The notes under the pieces are model-generated. The model saw only the letters and a program-made list of their open reading frames with translations. It was not told the origin of the DNA and did no database searches. This document shows positions 56,954 to 64,000 of a DNA stretch of 64,000 nucleotides, in pieces (position 1 is the first letter of the stretch; the number at the start of each line of letters is the position of its first letter). The stretch comes from the human T2T-CHM13v2.0 reference genome, Homo sapiens. The stretch lies in the NCBI RefSeq assembly GCF_009914755.1, contig NC_060928.1, one strand, 5' to 3'. The position numbers and the translations under genes are program-made.

Positions 56954-59829
56954 TAGCTTCAGGGACGAGAAGGTGTAAGGATGTGAAAAGCACCTGGTAC
57001 TGTACCTGGCACAGCAGGTACTCCAGGAGGGCTGAGGGTGTGCACATCCCTGACTGGGCCTCACACCATCACAGGCCAGACCTTGTTCAGCTCTGCGTCA
57101 GCACCTACCCCCCCACTCCCCTGCCGCCTCTTCAGTGTGATGGGAAAGTCCCCACCCTTGGGGTCCTGAGTCTTCTGCTGTTCCCGCCAGCTCTGGGCTG
57201 GGTGGGGCAGCTCATCTTTCCAGCTTCACCCCCTGTCAGAGGCCGGGAGGAGGGGCAGTGCAGGCTGGGGGCTCAGAGACAGGGCTACTGGGCCAGAGCC
57301 ATTCTGAGCTACTTGGTGGGCCCCAGTATCACCGCCGATAGAACCCCACCCTCCACAGGCTCACTGAGGGCAGCTGGCCACTCCTGACCCTGGGCTGGGC
57401 ACATCAGGGGTGCCCCTGAGTGGAGAGGTGGCACTGTAGGGCATCACAGTGTTGGGGGTTCGCACATAAGAGCCCATGTCATCGGGGAGAGGGTGGCACT
57501 TTGGGGAGGGGTGTTTTCAGGGCCGTAGCAGGGGCCTTTAGGGCTGCCAGCATGGTTTAGGGGACCCACAAGTGTGGAATTAAGGCCAAGGTCCACTCCC
57601 AAGGATGGAGAAGTGGAAGGGGGAGGGAGTGGTCCTCTGGGTCCTCGGCTGGGCAGGCGGCTGAAGGCCTGGTGAGACCCCTTCAGAACCCACTTGAGGC
57701 CAGGTGGGACGGGGAGTTCTGGGTCCCAGTGGGGCGAGTCCCTCATTCACTCCTGCCAAGGCAGCCCAGTCCTGCCACGGCCATGGGAGAGGCCTGGGGA
57801 GTCGAGGTGGGAGCAGCCCTCAAGTGTCTCCTGGGGTCCCCTCTCCCAGGAGGCCTCCCAGGCTCATCTGTTCTCTTGTTCCTTCCTGCTCTGGTCGTGA
57901 GGGGCTTTGCTGTCACGCAGGTCACCTTGCACCCTCATGTCTCAGTGTCCAGCGCTGGCTGGGGAAGGGCTGGCTGCCTCTCCTGACCCTGGGCTGGGGT
58001 GATAGGTGGGGACCCCTTGGGGTGACGTGGGAACCTCACCACTGTTGAAGGCCACAGCTTCCCCTTCCCAAGCCCCACATGGGCTTCCCCTTCCAGATCT
58101 CAATGTGTTCCTGAAGGTCACGTGGCTGGCAGGGGGTGGTGGTGGGGGTGGGGGGTGACAGGAGAGGGGGTGTTTTGGAGGGAGGCGGGTGGGGCACGCT
58201 GTTGTGTACAAACACCCACCTCCCACGGCACAGGGGCCGGAAGTGGCCCCAGAATAGAATGTGCTGCTTTCAAGTTCCAAATTGGGCTCTGGGGGTGAGA
58301 GCAGGCGACTCTGGATGTAAAAATAGAAAAGCCAGTGCGTGTGTGGGTCCTGGGTCCTCCACCCACAGGCCTGGTATTACAAAATAGAGCTTCCTAATGG
58401 GACCTGCCTGACACTCTCGTTTTATGTAGAAAATTGACTCAAGCAAACCTCAGAGGACAGAGCCAGCAGCTGACCTGGGCTAGAGGTGTGGCAGCCAGGC
58501 AGGCAGGGCAGGCCCTCCTGGGGAGTGCTGGTGGCCTGGGGGCGCTGGCTGGCCCTTGACCTGGCGTGAACTCTGGCTCTATTTCCCTCACTCTGCCCTC
58601 TAGCGCTGTGCCCCTGCCAGGAGAGTCCTCCCAGGTTGTGGGAGCCCAGCTCAGTCCTACTGTCCCCAAAGAGCCTTCGCCGACTTCGTCAGCCTTTACC
58701 AGCTCTCAGGCTGGCCAGGAAGCCAGGCCTGTCCCAGGCACGAGGGGCAGTGGGCAAGCTGGCTGTGGGCCCCACCCTCCACAGGCTCACTGAGGGCAGC
58801 TGGCCAGAAGCCCACAGGCTGGGGCCACCCACTGAGGATGTTTTCTGAGCAGGGCCCCGTGTTGGACCATCCTGGGGACCAGAGCCACTGGAAGAGCCCT
58901 GACCTCAAGGCGCCCCAGCCTAGGGGGTGGGATGGGGTGGTGAGGAAGGCTAGTTCTGGGCAGTGTGGTGGGATGTAGGTGCACATCTGGGCATGACTGT
59001 GGGGGTCTGGGGAGGTCCCCTGGGGTAATGCTACTGAGCTGGCTTTCCCGGGATGACGCTGGAGGGCAGTGGAGGCAGAGGGGAGGCCAGTGTGCAGGGC
59101 ACTCTGGCGTGGGGTCTGGCTGAGACCTGAGCGGGCCTCCATGCTTCCACCCCTCAACCAGCACACACGTCCTACCATCCCACCCAACCTCCACTGCTCC
59201 CCCTCCAGCCCCAGGCTGCTCCTTTCCCCTTCATTCGGTAAAGGAGAAAATATTCCCCATCCCACCCAGGGCAAGGCGTGAGGCAGCCAGGCCTGGCCTG
59301 GGATGCAGAGATGGCCCAGAGCCTGGGAGGGGCCACTCCTGTCCAGCCTGCCCTCCCTGCCAGAGTGCCTGCCACCAGCCCAGCCTCCTGGGAGAGATGC
59401 CAGCCCCCAGCCCTGTCCTCAGAGCCAGACTGATGCCTGCGTGTGAGGCCCAGCCTGCCTCCTCAAACTCCTCTTCCCATGAGCCACAATCCTCCCCCAC
59501 ACCCCCTCTGCCCCTCCCTCCAGTGCTGGGCTGTGTGGCCAGGGGACTGGACTGTGTGGCAGGATGACTCCACACAGCCTCCCCCAGGGAGTGGGGATTG
59601 GGGGAGGTAGGGTGGGAACCTGTCCCCTCCTATCCCCAGGGAAGCAGGTGGGAAGCCTGTGGCCTTGGCCCTACTCAGGAATTGCCTCTCCTAGCGAGGC
59701 GGCCTGGTGAGGTGGTACACTGTATCACTGTGGGGCCACTCCTGGGGACAGGGACAGGTGGGAGGGCAGGGTCCATGCTTCCAAGGTCCTCTGGACACGG
59801 GACCCAGGTGGCAGCTCCAAAACCTGGCT

Positions 59830-60125
59830 AGGATGGGCGCGGTGGCTCATGCCAGTAATCCCAGCACTTTGGGAGCTGAGGTGGGTGGATCGTTTGAGCC
59901 CAGTAGTTCGAGACCAGTCTGGGCAACATGGTGAGACGCTATTTCTACAAAAAAATAAAAAATATAAATAAATAAAAATTAGTTGGGTGTGGTGGCACAT
60001 GCCTATAGTCCCAGCTGAGGTGGGAGGCTCACCTGAGCCCAGGAGGTTGAGGCTGCAGTGCCACTGCACTCCAGCCTGGGCAACAGAGTGAGACCCTATC
60101 TCAAAACAAAAGAACAAAAACAAAA
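59830..60125 (+). mobile_element. AluJ-like element
   Basis: Alu consensus sequence with an internal deletion. Confidence 0.85.
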
Positions 60126-60169
60126 CCTACCTAGCCCCTTCCTTGGGGCTGCCCCTTGAGGCCTTTGTC

Positions 60170-60640
60170 TGTTCATTCACCAATCATGCACTGGGAGTCT
60201 ATTTTGTAACTCAGGTGCCCTGGAAGCAGAGCCCAGACCAAGGGAAGCGAGGGGTCCAGGCACACCCGCCAAGGGTGATCTAGGGGCAGGAATGGCAAGT
60301 GCAAAGGCCCTGAGGTGGGAATGTGTCTGCGGTGCTGGAGGAGACAGGAGGCCAGTGTGGCCAATGCTAAGCGGGGCTATGGAGAGAGAACTCAGGGAGC
60401 AGGCAGGTGGCACAGGCTCGGTCTGGGCCCTGCCCATGCAAGGATAGAAGGCATTTGCCTTGGGGGAGGTGGGATCTACAGAAAGTTCTGAGTGAAGAAG
60501 TGACATGACCTGACTCACACTGTGACTGCACCCCTCTGGTGTGATGATGGACACTGCCAGGCAAGCGCAGGAGAGGGAGGATGAGGCAGGCAGGGGCTGA
60601 GAAAGGCAGGATTCCAGGTGTGCTTTGCCAACAGAACCTT
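60170..60640 (-). mobile_element. L2 remnant
   Basis: ttcattca.., gtgcaaaggccctgaggtgggaatg, aggaggccagtgtggc, agtgacatgacctgact. Confidence 0.65.
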
Positions 60641-63559
60641 CAGGGCGGACGGGATGTGGGGCGAGCAGAGAGGCATCAGTGCGGACGACTCCAGGGTTGC
60701 TGGCCCAGGGAAGGAAAAAGAGACTTGGCAGGCGCATGAAGCCCCCTGCTGGGACGCCTGTGACACGTAGACCAGCGGCAGATCTTGCCCTCGCCATCCT
60801 AACCGTCAGCCTCACCCTCAGCAGGTCCTGCCCTACCCCCCAGACAGCAGCTGCCTCTGCCTGTTCTGGGTCCTGCCAAATCAGTGGCATGGCCGATGGC
60901 ACACGGGGGATGGGTGTGGCGGGGGACCGGCCCCCTTCTCTTTGGCCTTATTCTGTGGGTGTGATTGGGGCATCACCATGGGCTTCTACCCCGGATGTGC
61001 CCTGTGGAGGTCTGCTCCCCAGCTCCCTGCCGGCCAGGGGTCCTCGCCTTACCTCTGCTCACCTGCCCTGCATACCCTCCCAGCAGGCGAGGTCATCCTC
61101 CTCACCCATCCCTGCTCTGTCAGCCTCAGCGGAACCCCTGGGTGCCCAGAGGCTCTGGCCACAGCCTCCAGCAGCTTCTTGCTCGGAGGGGCTGCTGGGA
61201 GCTGCCCTGAGGCCCCAACTAGGAGTTCCTTCCTCCCACGCCCTGGGGTTGGACTGGTAAGGGGGGAGAAGGGGAGGAATATGAGGTGTGGGATTCTCCC
61301 CACGGTGGAGGCTGCACCCTGTTCCCCCTGTTTGGCTGAGGTGCCCTGCACAGAGGTGCTTTGCATTTCTGGGTGATCATTCTCTAGGCGCCTGGTCCGT
61401 CCACACTGTCTGCAGTGACCCTGCTCCGTCAACTCTGAGCTTGGCATCTGAGGCCAGCCCTGTACACCCTGCCCTGTAGTCAGGCCCTGGCGGGGCAGCA
61501 CCGACGTTTGGCTTTGCTCCACTCCCCTCCCGGTCTCTGCCCCTTTCCCCAGCTGGTCCCCTGGGAACAGGACACTTGCTGTGACCCAATGGCATCTGCT
61601 CATTTGTCCATTTGCTCCTCTCGTGAGCCACAAGGGTAGGGACTTCCTTGTATCATCTTGGGTCCCCGGGGTCTGGTGTGGGGCCAGGCATTTATTTAGC
61701 TGAACTGGACATCAGGGACATCAAGATGTACAGCCCCAAGGTCATGAGTGTTTTGTCAGGAGCCTTAGACCAGTCTGGCCCAGCCTGGAGCTCCCTCCGC
61801 ATGTGGCCTCTGACAGGAGTGACGCAGCCCCATGCGGTGCTAACAGTGGCAGCACTGAACGTCGGATGGGGCTGAGCCCAGCCACTTCCACAATGGCTGT
61901 AGTTCCTATCTCTTCCTCCCTGCTAGGAAAATGTGAAATAGCCCAGAGTGGGGGGTGGGCAGAAGAGTTGCAGGCTACCCAAGGCTGGGATGAGCAGAGT
62001 TGAGACCTGGGGAGCCAGGCCCAGGACACTTACAGGTGGGGATGTGAGCAGGCACCCCAGAGAGTGAGCACCCCAGCCAGCCAGCACCCATCTACTCCCT
62101 CACTGGGGTCTAAGTTCAGCCCCGAGAGCTAGGCTGTAGGTGGGTAGAGTCACAGCCCCAGCGCCGGTGTGAGGGGTGGCCCTGGGCCAGGTAGGGTGAG
62201 TATCTGCCTGCTGTCATGCCCCATCCACTTCTGCCGCCTCCCCAGTAGAGGACCCCCTCCATTTCACAGATGGGGAAAAGGGGCCCTGTTGTCTGAAGAC
62301 TCTCCCATATCCTCCCCTGCCTCTGCCATCCCCTGCTTTGTCCCTTCCCTTCCAGAGGCCCTGCCTTGGTCCTGGTCACTTCCTGGTAGGCACTGGCTCT
62401 TCCTCTATGCCTGGGCTCAGGGCCTGGCCACCTAGTTTTCTGACTCCTCCCACTTACTCCCCTCCCCAGTTAACCTCTCTGATCCCAAGTGTGTCTCTCC
62501 AGCAGGGAGGAGGGCTATTGCAGCCAGGGATCCCCTTTCTGAGGCTTGGGACCCATTATTGGGCAGCTCTGGGACAGGTGGACGGTGACTTGGCCCACAC
62601 TCGGTCCAGCTGCAACCCTGAGAACCCGCTTGGTTTGGCTGTGTCTCCTGGAGGCCCTCAGGTATTTCAACCTGTAGGACCCAAACCCAGTCCTTCACCT
62701 GCTGCAGGGCCAGCCCTGGACACCCCTGCCCCTGCCTGATTTGGAGCAGCCAATTCAGCCCCTGTCATTGGACTCTGGCCTCTTGTGCTCAGTACAGAGG
62801 GTCAGACCTTGGCCGCCTGCCTGGACAGGGCCAGGTCACCACCACCCACCCCCAGCTCCCTTGGGTTCCCAGCAAGATCCTGTCCTTCCTCTACTCACAG
62901 CTTCCTGGGCTCTGGGACCTGGGGTCCAGTCCCCACTCCTCATGGGGAGGAGTCCCCCCACGCCCCAAGCAGTTGACTCCCGCACTGGTGGGGGGTCCGC
63001 TCGCCCTCAAGCTCTGCAGGCCCAGCTTGGTCTCCCCAGCCTCTTCACTTTCTCCACGGCTCCCTCCACCTACCTGGCCCTGAGAGCTCCCCAGGGAAGC
63101 CATTTCCTCCCAGGAAGCCCCTCCTCTTCTCGCCCCTGCCCTTACACCAAGGCATCTGGGCCTACTCTTAGGGAGAGGGTGATGGTGGAGGAAAGGGAGC
63201 CTCAGAGGAGGCCAAGTGTAAAGCACCCGGTCTCCTGTGCCTCCCAGCCCCAAGACGACCTCTGGGCCACCGGAGTCCAGACCTGGTCCAAGAGGCGAGG
63301 TCCCCCTGGGAAGTGCCTGAAAAGTACCCTGGAGGACATTTGGAAACAAAGACAAGGTTCCCTGGTGCCCAGCAAGCCCTCCCCCACCTCCCCTGCTCCT
63401 GTCTTGGCCAGGGCCTAAGTCGCACTCACGGGGCAGGGGTGGGGCCGCCCAGGATCAGGACCACGGGGCTGGGGGGGTGGACAGCGCCCTTTCCACCTGG
63501 GTCGCTGGGCACTGGGGTGTCACTGGGAGGGACACGCAGGAGGGACAGACACGCTACCT

Positions 63560-64000
63560 CACTCACGGGCGAGAACTAAGCACCTACTGTGGACCCGGCG
63601 TCTAGGCCCGCGACAACGCCAGTCTTCGCCCCCCAGGGGCCTCGTCCCGGGGCCGCGGAGGCCACGTGCAGTTCCCCGCCCACCCTGAGGTACCGGCCCC
63701 GCCCCACGCCCAGCTCGGACCTCCAGGATTGCGGGACCCGCCGGGGAGGGGCGGGGCCGGGGCGGGGCCAGGAGGAGGGCGGACTGGGCGGGCGCGGGCG
63801 GGACGGAGCTGCGGCGGCGGCGGGTCCCGCGGGCGGGAGCGCCTGGCGGCCGAGTCAAGCCGCCGCCTCGACCCAGGGCCCGCGGGCCAGGAGAGCGCTC
63901 GGCGGGTAAGCCTCGGCGGCGGGTCTCGGCGGGTCTCGGGGGTCTCGCGGGGGGGCGGTCTCCGCGTCTGGAAGGGGCTCGGCGGGCCTTGGCTGTCTGG
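63560..64000 (+). promoter_or_regulatory. SH3BP2: CpG-island promoter and probable non-coding exon 1 of SH3BP2 (exon ~63790-63905, donor CGG|gtaagc)
   Basis: Dense CpG, GGGGCGGGG boxes at ~63747-63770, E-box CACGTG 63663-63668, strong donor at 63906, no ATG in the exon; gene identity rests on recalled synteny only. Confidence 0.68.

Overview
Primate (very likely human) genomic DNA, rich in Alu and ERV sequence. The gene order FAM193A(+) / TNIP2(-) / SH3BP2(+) matches what I recall for human 4p16.3. The window holds the last coding exon and 3' UTR of FAM193A (2534-~3305), the complete six-exon TNIP2/ABIN-2 CDS on the minus strand (27048 to 13007; 429 aa reconstructed, all introns GT-AG and phase 0), and a CpG-island promoter with a probable non-coding first exon of SH3BP2 at the right edge. 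The rest is mostly transposon debris: a truncated HERV-L with its MLT2A 3' LTR, MaLR LTRs, LTR12, MER4, LTR9, MER57/LTR54-like, L1, L2, Tigger4a and many Alus. I see no new protein-coding system. The most unusual structures are: an LTR12 capped by U5 ends at both termini; an AT-rich polyadenylated retro-insert attached to an AluY; a ~104-bp palindrome inside an ERV LTR; an overlapping STAT/kB element at the TNIP2 promoter; a young 77-bp triplication of L2-like sequence; and a five-level nested TE stack. Repeat family names come from recalled consensus sequences, not from a database search, and repeat boundaries are approximate.
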